Source: Candidatus Eiseniibacteriota bacterium (lineage in GTDB: Bacteria; Eisenbacteria; RBG-16-71-46). Taken from it: 64,000 nucleotides of DNA. The notes below the pieces were generated by a model that saw only the letters and a list, made by a program, of their open reading frames with translations, made no database searches and was not told where the DNA came from. The stretch covers positions 448,001 to 512,000 of the forward strand of contig CAVZLN010000006.1 in NCBI GenBank assembly GCA_963776245.1, written 5' to 3'. How positions within the stretch are numbered: the first letter of the stretch is position 1; each line of letters opens with the position of its first letter. A program made the translations under genes and the position numbers. Positions 1 to 13,897 of the stretch are shown piece by piece.

Positions 1-505
1 CGGTCGCGGCGTCGTCGAAGGAGCGCCGCAGCCGGGAGACCAGCTCACCCCGCCGCTGGGTGAGATCGCGCCCGAACGTTCGGTCGCGGCGGAACTCGAA
101 TCGCGGCGCGAGCCACCACGCCACGGAGGGCCCCAGCGCACCCTGCGCGGTCGCGGAGAGCGCATCCTGCTGGAGGAGATCCCCCACGCTCGCGTCGTTC
201 TGGACGCGGAACCGGGTCCGCCCTTCCGCCCGGGTACCGTCCAGTGCCACCCGGGCGATGCCCGCCCACCGGATTTCCGGAGAGCCGACCAGGCGGCGAC
301 CGAGGAAGGTCGTATCGACGAACGCGTCCTCGTAGAAGAACTCGTTCGAGATGTCGGTGCCCCCGCCGACCTCGAGGTTCAGCCGCAGGCTGTCCGCCGG
401 GCTCGCGGCCGCGCGCCCCGGGCAGGCTCCCTGCACCAGGAGGGCCGTGGCCACCAGCGCCACCCAGGAGCCGGGACCCCGCAAACCCAGGTCGGACGCC
501 GACAT
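1..505 (-). CDS. Secreted hypothetical protein, possibly outer-membrane beta-barrel (5' part only; runs off the window)
   Basis: Not in the ORF track. Manual translation from ATG at 505: MSASDLGLRGPGSWVALVATALLVQGACPGRAAASPADSLRLNLEVGGGTDISNEFFYEDAF..., open to base 1. Signal-peptide-like N-terminus, GC3-rich codons, co-oriented with the upstream gene. Confidence 0.65.
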   Translation of the reverse strand, partial: MSASDLGLRGPGSWVALVATALLVQGACPGRAAASPADSLRLNLEVGGGTDISNEFFYEDAFVDTTFLGRRLVGSPEIRWAGIARVALDGTRAEGRTRFRVQNDASVGDLLQQDALSATAQGALGPSVAWWLAPRFEFRRDRTFGRDLTQRRGELVSRLRRSFDDAAT

Positions 506-525
506 CCGCGGCCAGTGGGGGGACT

Positions 526-1323
526 TCAGGCGGCCGCGAGCCGGAGCGCGCGGTACGCGAGCGCCCGAGCCGCCTGCGTGAGTCGCAGGGCCGCGTCCGG
601 GCGCTCCGCGCGGAACTCGCCCCACGCCTGTGCTTCGATCTGCTGCGCCCGCGCCAGGGCAGCGTGCGCCGCCTCGTTCCCACGGTCGGCGAGCCGCTCC
701 TGCGCCCGGCCGATGAGATCGTCGGTCCGGCGCAGGGCGCGGTCGGCCGCCTCGAACCGGTTCTCCTCCAGGTTGCAGAGCCGCAGGGCGCGAAGTCCAC
801 GCTCGCGGGCACTCATCGTGAGCTGCAGCGCCGCGAGGTAGCGGCCGGCGGCGCCCGCATCCTCAGCACGTCCCTGCATCGCGAGCGCCGTCGCCATCGC
901 AGCGCGCGCGCGGTCCTGGTCGCACTCCTCGATCCGTTCTCGGGCACGATCCAGCATCTCCCGGCTGCGCTCGATCTGGGCGCGCACGCGGTCGGGATCC
1001 GGAAGGCCCCGCACCAGCGCGATGGCTCGATCGGCATGCCCGCGGGCCTCGAGTGTAAGGCGGACGGCCAGCACAAGCTCGCTCGATCCGAAAGCGGACT
1101 TCGCGCGCCCCTGGACGCCGACGGAGGTCGCGACCTCGGCTCGCGCGTGGGTGTCATCCGAGTTCGACACGATCACCTCGGCCTGTTCGATGCGGCGATC
1201 GGTCACGTCGAGTTCCATCTGCACGCGCTCCCGCGCCGGCGTCTGGGCTCCGACAGCCTGAACGAGGGCCGCCTGGGCCAGGAGCAGCGTGACCAGGAAT
1301 GGGAAACGCGCGCGGGGGACCAT
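526..1323 (-). CDS. Secreted all-helical hypothetical protein with three internal repeats
   Basis: 265 aa ORF, GGAGG RBS, signal peptide, three similar ~75-aa helical units. Confidence 0.8.
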   Translation of the reverse strand: MVPRARFPFLVTLLLAQAALVQAVGAQTPARERVQMELDVTDRRIEQAEVIVSNSDDTHARAEVATSVGVQGRAKSAFGSSELVLAVRLTLEARGHADRAIALVRGLPDPDRVRAQIERSREMLDRARERIEECDQDRARAAMATALAMQGRAEDAGAAGRYLAALQLTMSARERGLRALRLCNLEENRFEAADRALRRTDDLIGRAQERLADRGNEAAHAALARAQQIEAQAWGEFRAERPDAALRLTQAARALAYRALRLAAA

Positions 1324-1660
1324 GTCCAGCCTCCAGTCCGGGAGCCAACGGGCGAGGGAGTTCTATCGGATCCCGAGGATTCTCACCACCACGGATTGCA
1401 CTCCCCGTGCCGGGGGCCTGCGGACCGGGGCCGCCCACGGAGCGCGGTGCGGCACCGCTGGTTGGCCGCCCGGGGGGTCCCCGGCGCCATCCGGGCCCGA
1501 GGGGGCACGTGCCCCGGCAGGTACGGACGCTCGATCCACGATGGTCCGGGCGGGGCATGGTCATGGAATGGGCGAGCCAGCGACTCGCCCCCCGCAGTGG
1601 CGCGGCCACCGCTCACCGGGTCAGGAGCGCTCGCTGGGCCCGGGCTGGATATCCCGACAA

Positions 1661-1697
1661 GCGAAAGGCCCCGGTGCCGAAGCATCGGGGCCTTCGC
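1661..1697 (-). terminator. Probable rrn operon terminator hairpin
   Basis: Minus strand GCGAAGGCCCCGATGC-TTCG-GCACCGGGGCCTTTCGC just downstream of 5S; the U-tract is short. Confidence 0.7.
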
Positions 1698-1705
1698 GAG
1701 GATAA

Positions 1706-1822
<117 letters not shown>

Positions 1823-1883
1823 ACTATTCTGACAACCGATATGAGACGCGGGCGCCTTTCGACACACCTACGTGAATGTAAAC

Positions 1884-4879
<2,996 letters not shown>

Positions 4880-4932
4880 GAATATCAATCACCAAGGTGC
4901 ATCGAAACTGGCTACCCAGCGTCTCATATTCG

Positions 4933-4946
4933 GTTGTCAAAGATCG
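4933..4946 (-). promoter_or_regulatory. Spacer boxA-like antitermination site upstream of 23S
   Basis: CGATCTTTGACAAC on the minus strand; overlaps the arm at 4920-4939 that is complementary to 1830-1848 (23S processing stem). Confidence 0.6.
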
Positions 4947-5049
4947 CACGTCGCCTGAGCGACGGTGACGGCTTCCGCATCACGGGATGCCGATCACTCA
5001 AGATCTATAAGATCCCGAACCATGCCGCATCGGGATCCTCTCTCGGTTC

Positions 5050-5125
5050 TGGTGGAGATAGCGGGGCTCGAACCCGCAGCCTCCGGCTTGCAAAGCCGGC
5101 GCTCTCCCAATTGAGCTATATCCCC
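5050..5125 (-). tRNA. tRNA-Ala(TGC)
   Basis: Cloverleaf, anticodon arm CCGGC-TT-TGC-AA-GCCGG, encoded CCA. Confidence 0.97.
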
Positions 5126-5162
5126 GAAGCCATGGGCGCCCGCGGTGCGGGCCAGGGTGCAA

Positions 5163-5239
<77 letters not shown>

Positions 5240-5500
5240 ACACCCTCTGCAATCGCGCGGAGGAGATCGAGCCTGGATAGGCGGTACCCGCTTCCAATGC
5301 CCTCCCGCAGGGGCCCCTCGCGGGACCCGAGCCTGGCTGGACGCCGGTGGGACGAATCGAGCCCGGCCGGCGTGCCGGCCAGGCTCAGTCCCAGCCCCAA
5401 GCTCCAGAAAGAGAGAGAATAGCGCACATACGGGAAAACCCGGGAGGGACGACCTGGGATCTGCCGCTGCAGGACCGAAGTCCCCAGCGACGTGTCTCCC

Positions 5501-7061
<1,561 letters not shown>

Positions 7062-7201
7062 AGAAAAAGCGGAGAACATGCATGCCGGTCTTGCGACCGA
7101 CGCGCATGGATCATTCGCAAGGAAATTGAAACCCGAACCACGTCCATACAGCGACGTGTACGGGACCTCGCCGGGCTTTCTTACGTACGTGCGCTATTCA
7201 G

Positions 7202-7214
7202 TTTTCAAAGAGCG
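7202..7214 (-). promoter_or_regulatory. rrn leader boxA
   Basis: CGCTCTTTGAAAA; the adjacent 7184-7199 is complementary to ~5417-5432 (16S processing stem). Confidence 0.7.
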
Positions 7215-7255
7215 TAGTGCCTTGCGCCTCTTGCCTAGGCAAAAGGCGGACGGGG

Positions 7256-7284
7256 AATCTATCCTCGGATGTTGCGGAAGTCAA
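7256..7284 (-). promoter_or_regulatory. rrn P2 sigma70-type promoter
   Basis: TTGACT-N17-TAGATT. Confidence 0.8.
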
Positions 7285-7325
7285 CTGCTTCTTGATTCGT
7301 GAGGTGATTTCCCTGCAGCGAAGGC

Positions 7326-7354
7326 AATATAGGGGGCACTCGTGTGGCTGTCAA
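7326..7354 (-). promoter_or_regulatory. rrn P1 sigma70-type promoter
   Basis: TTGACA-N17-TATATT. Confidence 0.85.
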
Positions 7355-7563
7355 GTCGCCCGGGTCGGCTTTCGCGACTGCCGGCTAACCCTTTCTCTCA
7401 CAGGGTGTTCGGCTCACCCCGGAGTCCAGGACCTACCGTCGCCTCGCCCCGCGGATCGACGCGCTCGATCCATCTCCGAGCAGGATCGCGCCTCCCACTC
7501 GCCATCCATCGTTCCCCGCATGACTTCCAGCCCCTCCGCTGCGGGTGCTGGACGTCCAGACGA

Positions 7564-8823
7564 TCACGCCTGAGGCTCCGGGCGGTAGCGTTTCATCTTA
7601 CGACCTGCGCGCAGCACGAAGACATCCGCGGCGCTGATCGGCGCGTCCATCCCGACCACGCGCTCGCCGTCGATCGAGACCGCGCCCTGCTCGACGAGAC
7701 GCCGCGCATCGCTCTTCGACCGCGCGAATCCCGCGGCTACGACGAACTCCACGACCCCCGCCCGCGGCGCCGGGCCCTGCGCGGCGATCACATCGGCGCG
7801 ATGAAACTCCTCGAGTATCTCGGGGACTTCCCGGCGGCTGAATTGCGTCTCGAAATCCAGCCGCGCCCGCTCCGCGGCTTGCGCGCCGTGGTACATCCGG
7901 GCGATGCGCTCGCCCAGGCGCTTCTTCACGCTCATCGGATTCACGGCGGGGTCGGCAAGTTCGCGCTCGATACCGCGGATCTCCTCGGTCGCGGCGTCGG
8001 TGACGAGCCGCCAGTAGGGAACCATCACCGAGTCGGGCAGGCTCATCACCTTGCCGAACATCTCCGCCGGTGTGTCCGTGACGCCGATGTAATTGCCGAG
8101 GCTCTTGCTCATGCGCTGCTCGCCGTCGAGCCCCGGCAGCACGGGGAGCATGAGTGCGAGTTGAGGCCTTTGGCCGTGGATCTCCTGCAGCACGCGCCCG
8201 ACGAGCAGGTTGAATCTCTGTTCCGTCGCTCCCAGCTCGACGTCCGAGCGCACCATCACCGAGTCGTAGCCCTGCATCAGCGGGTAGAACAGCTCGTGCA
8301 GGCTGATGGGCTCGTGCGCCGCGTAGCGCTTGGCGAAGTCGTCCCGCTCGAGCATGCGGGCCACGGTGTATTGCGACGCGAGACGCAGCACCTCCATGAA
8401 CCTCATGGTGGCGAACCACTCGCCATTGCGATGGATCTCCACCTGCAGGCGCGGTGCGGTCGGGTGCGGATCGAGGACCTTGAAGAACTGGTCGAGATAG
8501 GTGCGCGCATTGGCCGCCACTTCGGCCTCCGTCAGCTGCGGCCGCGTCTTGTTCCGACCGCTCGGGTCCCCCACCATGCCCGTGTAGTCGCCGAGGATGA
8601 GGACGACCTGATGCCCCAGATCCTGGAACTGGCGGAGCTTCCGCAGGCCGACCGTGTGGCCCAGGTGGATATCCGGCGCGGTCGGATCGAAGCCCTGTTT
8701 GACCCGCAGGGGTCTTCCCTCCTGTCGGCTCGCGCGCAGCCGCTCGCAGAGTTCACCGTGCGGCACGATCTCCTCGGCGCCTCGCTCCAGGATCTCCAGT
8801 TGCTGCTCGGGTGACATCGTCAT
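7564..8823 (-). CDS. tyrS: Tyrosyl-tRNA synthetase
   Basis: GFDPTAPDIHLGH (HIGH), RMSKS (KMSKS), YPLMQGYD, C-terminal S4-like domain; GAGGAG RBS before ATG at 8823. Confidence 0.97.
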   Translation of the reverse strand: MTMSPEQQLEILERGAEEIVPHGELCERLRASRQEGRPLRVKQGFDPTAPDIHLGHTVGLRKLRQFQDLGHQVVLILGDYTGMVGDPSGRNKTRPQLTEAEVAANARTYLDQFFKVLDPHPTAPRLQVEIHRNGEWFATMRFMEVLRLASQYTVARMLERDDFAKRYAAHEPISLHELFYPLMQGYDSVMVRSDVELGATEQRFNLLVGRVLQEIHGQRPQLALMLPVLPGLDGEQRMSKSLGNYIGVTDTPAEMFGKVMSLPDSVMVPYWRLVTDAATEEIRGIERELADPAVNPMSVKKRLGERIARMYHGAQAAERARLDFETQFSRREVPEILEEFHRADVIAAQGPAPRAGVVEFVVAAGFARSKSDARRLVEQGAVSIDGERVVGMDAPISAADVFVLRAGRKMKRYRPEPQA

Positions 8824-8988
8824 CGGGCTTCTCCTCAGGGCGGGGTCGACAGGTCCGCGTGATTCTAGGGGCGGCATCGCGCCACGGCAATCATCGGAAG
8901 CGGGCCTTGACCGTATTCGGTGGCCCCCTCTAGGCTTCCCCTCGCGAAAGGAGTCCGCCGCTTCCCGCGACGGTCACGACGACCCCCC

Positions 8989-11124
8989 ATGCGCAACGCC
9001 ATCCCGCGGTTTCCCTGGCAGCTCTTCCTCGTGCTGGTCGTGGTGGCCGTGTTCGGTGCCGCTGGCGCGGTGTTTGGCGTGGTCCGCTGGCTCGGGCAGG
9101 ATCTGCCGACGCCGGAGCAGATGACGGCCATCCAGACGCCGGTCAAGACGGTGATCTACGATGCGCGCGGCCGGGTGCTCCACGAGTTCTACAAGGAGAA
9201 CCGTTCCCCGGTCCCGCTGAAGAGCGTCCCGCGGCACCTGGTGCTTGCGACGCTCGCGACCGAGGACCGGAGCTTCTACTCCCACTGGGGAGTCGATCTG
9301 TGGGGGATCGGGCGCGCCGCGGTCACCAATGCGCTCAAGATGCGCCGCGCTGAGGGCGGCAGCACGATCACGCAGCAGCTCGCGCGCAATCTGTTCCTGA
9401 CCCACGAGCGGACGGTCACGCGCAAGCTCAAGGAAGTCGCGCTCGCCATCGAGATCGAGCGCACGTACTCCAAGGACCAGATCCTGGAGCTGTACTTCAA
9501 CCAGATCTACTTCGGGGACGGCGCCTACGGCGTGGACGCCGCGGCGAAGACGTACTTCAGCAAGCCGGTCCAGGAGCTGACGCTGCCGGAATGCGCGCTG
9601 CTGGCCGGCCTGCCCGCGAACCCGGGACTCTACAATCCCCGTCGGCGCCCGGGCGCCGTGCGTGCGCGCCGCGCCAAGGTGCTGCGCAACATGCTCGCCA
9701 CGCGAGCCATCACCCAGGTCGAATTCGACAACGCCGTGAGCGCTCCCCTGGGCGTGACCCCGGTGCGCTACAGCAACGACCGGGCCCCGTACTTCGTCGA
9801 GATGGTCCGCCTGTACCTCGACGAGCGCTACGGCTCGAACGCGGTCTACGAAGGCGGCATGAAGGTGTGGACCACGCTCGACATGGACCTCCAGCAGATC
9901 GCCGAGCGCGGGCTCGAGAAGCAGCTCGCCCAGCTCGAATCCGATCTCAAGCTCAAGACCACGCGCGCCTCGTTCACGATGCCCGCTTCCGAGGCGGCCC
10001 GGGCGGGGCAGCGCACCCCGTACCTGCAGGGGGCACTCGTCGCCCTCGATCCGCGCAACGGATACGTCCGCGCGATGGTCGGCGGTCGCGAGTGGAATCA
10101 CAGCAATTTCAACCGCGCGACGCAGGCGAGGCGGCAGCCCGGTTCCGCCTTCAAGCCGTTCATCTACACCGCCGCGATCGACAACGGCTTCCACCCCACG
10201 GACATCATCATCGACGAGCCGGTCTCCTTCCCGGCCGGCAACGGCGAGCTCTACCAGCCCCAGAACTACGACCGCACCTTCCGCGGCCCCGTGACGCTCC
10301 GCTACGCCCTTCAGCAGTCGATCAACGTTCCAGCGGTCAAGCTGCTGCGCAAGGTGGGCACCTCGCTGGTGGCCAGTTACGCCCGCCGCATGGGCGTGAA
10401 GAGCCCGATCTCACAGAACCTGTCGATGGCGCTGGGCAGCAGCGAAGTCTCGCTGATCGAGCTCACCTCAGCCTACGGTGTGATCGCGAACCGCGGCATG
10501 CGGACCGACCCACTCTTCGTGCTCAAAGTGGAGGACAAGGCCGGGAACGTGCTCGAGCGCGACGCACCGCGGCCGGTCGAGGTGCTCTCGGAGGAGACCG
10601 CATCGGTCATGACCTCGATGCTCCAGAGCGTCATGGACCATGGCACCGGAGTGCCGGCGCGCGCGCGCGGCTTCACCTACCCCGCGGCCGGCAAGACCGG
10701 GACCATGGACGAGTACAAGGATGCGTGGTTCGTCGGCTTCATCCCCGGCCTGGTCTGCGGGGTCTGGGTGGGATTCGACGAGAAGAAGGTCATCGGTGCC
10801 GGCATGACGGGAGCGAGAGCGGCGCTCCCGATCTGGGCCGACTTCATGATCGGCGCCACCCGCGGGCGTCCGGCGGAGGACTTCCCGCTGCCCGTCGGCA
10901 CCGTCAATCGGCAGGTGTGCGCGGAGACCGGCATGCTGGCGACCGATGCCTGCCCGAACGTGACGACCGAGATGTTCGACGAAGGCTCTCAGCCCTCCGA
11001 GCTCTGCACCACCCACCCGGGCCGGCCCCTCCAGCCGGGCCTGGACGAGCCCCCGCCCGCACCACCGGATCTGCGCGAGATCGATCGCGGCGTCCGCGGG
11101 CCCGAGCGGCTCCGCATCCGCTGA
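8989..11124 (+). CDS. Class A penicillin-binding protein (PBP1A family)
   Basis: TM anchor; transglycosylase EDRSFYSHWG and GSTITQQLARNL; transpeptidase SAFK, SIN, KTGT. Start could be 8920. Confidence 0.95.
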   Translation: MRNAIPRFPWQLFLVLVVVAVFGAAGAVFGVVRWLGQDLPTPEQMTAIQTPVKTVIYDARGRVLHEFYKENRSPVPLKSVPRHLVLATLATEDRSFYSHWGVDLWGIGRAAVTNALKMRRAEGGSTITQQLARNLFLTHERTVTRKLKEVALAIEIERTYSKDQILELYFNQIYFGDGAYGVDAAAKTYFSKPVQELTLPECALLAGLPANPGLYNPRRRPGAVRARRAKVLRNMLATRAITQVEFDNAVSAPLGVTPVRYSNDRAPYFVEMVRLYLDERYGSNAVYEGGMKVWTTLDMDLQQIAERGLEKQLAQLESDLKLKTTRASFTMPASEAARAGQRTPYLQGALVALDPRNGYVRAMVGGREWNHSNFNRATQARRQPGSAFKPFIYTAAIDNGFHPTDIIIDEPVSFPAGNGELYQPQNYDRTFRGPVTLRYALQQSINVPAVKLLRKVGTSLVASYARRMGVKSPISQNLSMALGSSEVSLIELTSAYGVIANRGMRTDPLFVLKVEDKAGNVLERDAPRPVEVLSEETASVMTSMLQSVMDHGTGVPARARGFTYPAAGKTGTMDEYKDAWFVGFIPGLVCGVWVGFDEKKVIGAGMTGARAALPIWADFMIGATRGRPAEDFPLPVGTVNRQVCAETGMLATDACPNVTTEMFDEGSQPSELCTTHPGRPLQPGLDEPPPAPPDLREIDRGVRGPERLRIR

Positions 11125-11254
11125 GCGCGTCCGTCCCGCCCGCTCACGGCGTGCGCGATGATCGCCGCGGTTCCGCTCGCCCCGGAGCGCGCGCGGCTCG
11201 CGCTCGGCACGCTCTGGCTGACGGTGCTGCCACGCTGAACGGGGGAAAGCCCGG

Positions 11255-12559
11255 TCAGACCACCCGCTCGAGCACCAGCGCCGGGGGCGCAGGCGCCGCG
11301 TCGGCGATCGTGAAACTCGCCGAAGCGCGCGCCAGCGCGCCGTCGTCCACTCCGGACAGATGGAGGTCCGCCAGCACGTCGCCGGCCGCCACGCGGTCGC
11401 CGATGCGGCGGTGGACCACGAGCCCGACGCGCGGATCGATGGCGTCCTCCTTGGCCCGGCGGCCGGCGCCGATCGCCACCATCAGTTCCCCGATGGCAAA
11501 GGTGTCCACCGCGGCGACCGCGCCACTCCGCGCGGCCTTCACCGGCAGGATGGTGGGCGCCGGGTGCAGCCGGGCCGCGTCGTCCTCGAGGCTCCCGGGA
11601 TCACCACCTTGCGCCTCGACCAGTTCGACCATGCGCCGCCACGCGGAGCCGTCCGAGAGCGCCCGCTCGGCGCGGGCGCGCGCCGCGACCGCATCCGGCT
11701 CGGCGCCCGCCAGCGTCAGCATGAGCGCCGCCAGATCGAGCGTCAGCGCGCGGACGTCCGGCGGGCCTCCGCCCCGCAGTACGGCGATCGACTCCCGCAC
11801 CTCGAGGGCATTGCCCACCGCTTCGCCGAGCGGCTGGCTCATGTCGGTGACCAGCGCCGCGGCCTGCGCGCCGAGGGCCCGCGTGGTTCGCACCAGGCGG
11901 CGCGCCAGGGACAGCGCGTCTCCGGGCGTCTTCATGAAGGCGCCATTGCCGCACTTCACGTCATACGCGACCGCCCGGGCACCCTCCGCGATCTTCTTGC
12001 TCACGATGCTCGGCACGATGAAGTAGTCGCGCTCCACGGTCGAGGTCACGTCCCGCAGTGCGTACAGCTTGCCATCCGCGGGCGCGAGGTCGGGACCCTG
12101 TCCCACCATCACCACGCCGATGCGGTCGAGCTGTGCGCGCATCGCGTCGGGCGAAAGGGTCGTCCGGAAGCCGGGGATGCTCTCGAGCTTGTCGAGCGTG
12201 CCCCCGGTGTGTCCGAGCCCGCGCCCCGAGACCATCGGCACCAGCACCCCGCAGGCGGCGACCAGCGGCGCCAGCGGCAGCGACACCTTGTCGCCCACGC
12301 CCCCGGTCGAGTGCTTGTCGGCGCTCGGCCGGCCGAGCGCGCTCCAGTCGAAGACCCGCCCCGAGTGGAGCAGGCCCTGGGTGAGCGCGTCCGTCTCGGT
12401 CTCGTCGAGTCCGTTGATGAACGCGGCCATCAGCCAGGCGCTCGCCTGGTAGTCCGGCAGCGCGCCGCGCGCGAACGCATCCACGAACTCGCGCACGCGT
12501 TCCGGGGCATGGACGCGACCTTCGCGCTTCTCGCGCAGGAACTCGCGGGGGTCGAACAT
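11255..12559 (-). CDS. pdp: Pyrimidine-nucleoside/thymidine phosphorylase
   Basis: DKHSTGGVGDK, SGRGLGHTGGTLDKLE, DVKCGNGAFM. Confidence 0.95.
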   Translation of the reverse strand: MFDPREFLREKREGRVHAPERVREFVDAFARGALPDYQASAWLMAAFINGLDETETDALTQGLLHSGRVFDWSALGRPSADKHSTGGVGDKVSLPLAPLVAACGVLVPMVSGRGLGHTGGTLDKLESIPGFRTTLSPDAMRAQLDRIGVVMVGQGPDLAPADGKLYALRDVTSTVERDYFIVPSIVSKKIAEGARAVAYDVKCGNGAFMKTPGDALSLARRLVRTTRALGAQAAALVTDMSQPLGEAVGNALEVRESIAVLRGGGPPDVRALTLDLAALMLTLAGAEPDAVAARARAERALSDGSAWRRMVELVEAQGGDPGSLEDDAARLHPAPTILPVKAARSGAVAAVDTFAIGELMVAIGAGRRAKEDAIDPRVGLVVHRRIGDRVAAGDVLADLHLSGVDDGALARASASFTIADAAPAPPALVLERVV

Positions 12560-12563
12560 GGAC

Positions 12564-13478
12564 CTAGTAGCTCTTCACTTCGGACTTCTCGCCGCGCACG
12601 ATCTTCACTCCCGCCGAGGCCCCGAGCCGGGTCGCGCCGGCCTTGACCAGCGCTTCGGCATCCTCTTTGGTGCGGACCCCGCCGGAGGCCTTCACCCCCA
12701 TCTCGGGGCCGACGGTCTCGCGCATCAACTGGATGTCCTCCACCGTGGCGCCGCCGCCGGCGAAGCCGGTCGAGGTCTTCACGAAGTCCGCGTCGGCGGC
12801 CTTGGCCAGCGTGCAGCCCATGATCTTCTCGTCGCGCGTGAGCAGCGAGGTCTCGAGGATCACCTTGACCACGGCGCCCTTCGCGGCCTGCACCACGCCG
12901 CGGATGTCCTGCTCCACCAGCGCGTAATCCTTGGACTTCATCGCGCCGATGTTGATCACCATGTCCACTTCCTCGGCGCCCTGCTCCACCGCACGGCGCG
13001 CCTCGTACGCCTTCACGTCGGGCGCGTGAGCGCCGGACGGGAAACCGATCACGGTGCACACCTTCACGCCGGTGCCGCGCAGCAGCTCGCGGCACAGCGG
13101 CACCCAGTTCGGGTTCACGCACACCGAGGCGAAGCAGTACTGCGCCGCCTCGCGGCACAGGGTCTCGATCTGCTCGCGCGTCGCGTCGGGCTTCAGCAGC
13201 GTGTGGTCGATGAGCGAGGCCAGGCCGTCGGAGGCCGGGCAGTAGCCCACGGTCGCCACCACGCGCGAGGCGCCGGCGGCGGCCAGCGCGCGCGTCTCGT
13301 CGGGGCCGCTCACCGCGCTCACCCCGAAGGCGCGGCACCGTTCGCAGGTGTCGGCGTCGTGCCCGTCCACCGTGGCGGCCGCCGCGGGCGCGCCGGAGAG
13401 CGTCGGGCCGCGCCGCCCGAGCGCGTCGAGCACCTTGCGGGTGATCGCCTCGACCAGTTCGTCGCGTTCGCCGCTCAT
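12564..13478 (-). CDS. deoC: Deoxyribose-phosphate aldolase with ~85-aa N-terminal extension
   Basis: [41 protein letters not shown] at 13478 overlaps the cdd stop. Confidence 0.95.
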   Translation of the reverse strand: MSGERDELVEAITRKVLDALGRRGPTLSGAPAAAATVDGHDADTCERCRAFGVSAVSGPDETRALAAAGASRVVATVGYCPASDGLASLIDHTLLKPDATREQIETLCREAAQYCFASVCVNPNWVPLCRELLRGTGVKVCTVIGFPSGAHAPDVKAYEARRAVEQGAEEVDMVINIGAMKSKDYALVEQDIRGVVQAAKGAVVKVILETSLLTRDEKIMGCTLAKAADADFVKTSTGFAGGGATVEDIQLMRETVGPEMGVKASGGVRTKEDAEALVKAGATRLGASAGVKIVRGEKSEVKSY

Positions 13479-13897
13479 CGTCCCGTCCCCTTCTTCGGCT
13501 GCCGCTTCGGCCGCTTCACCAGATCGAACGGCGACCCGAGCAGCTCGATCAGTCGTTTCTTCACGATGCGCCGGCGCGCGTCGCGCCAGTACACCACCAG
13601 GCCGGGCGCGAACTCGTGCAGCACCTGCCGGCACGCCCCACAGGGCGAGGCCCCGTGCCCCTGAGCGTCCACGATCGCCACCGCCACGAACTCGCGCTCG
13701 CCCTCACACACCGCCCGGAAGACCGCGTTGCGCTCGGCGCAGATCGCCAGCCCGAACGAGGCGTTCTCGACGTTGCAGCCGTGGAACACGCGCCCGCTCC
13801 GGGCCAGCAGCGCGGCACCCACGTGGAAGCGCGAGTACGGAGCGTACGCATGCTCCAGCGCGCGCTCGGCCTCCGCCATCAGGTCCTTCGGCTTCAT
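13475..13897 (-). CDS. cdd: Cytidine deaminase
   Basis: [31 protein letters not shown]. Confidence 0.95.
   Translation of the reverse strand: MKPKDLMAEAERALEHAYAPYSRFHVGAALLARSGRVFHGCNVENASFGLAICAERNAVFRAVCEGEREFVAVAIVDAQGHGASPCGACRQVLHEFAPGLVVYWRDARRRIVKKRLIELLGSPFDLVKRPKRQPKKGTGR

Noticed and set aside
11158..11238. 26-aa ORF MIAAVPLAPERARLALGTLWLTVLPR between the PBP gene and pdp
   Set aside because: No RBS, no recognisable motif, too short to support
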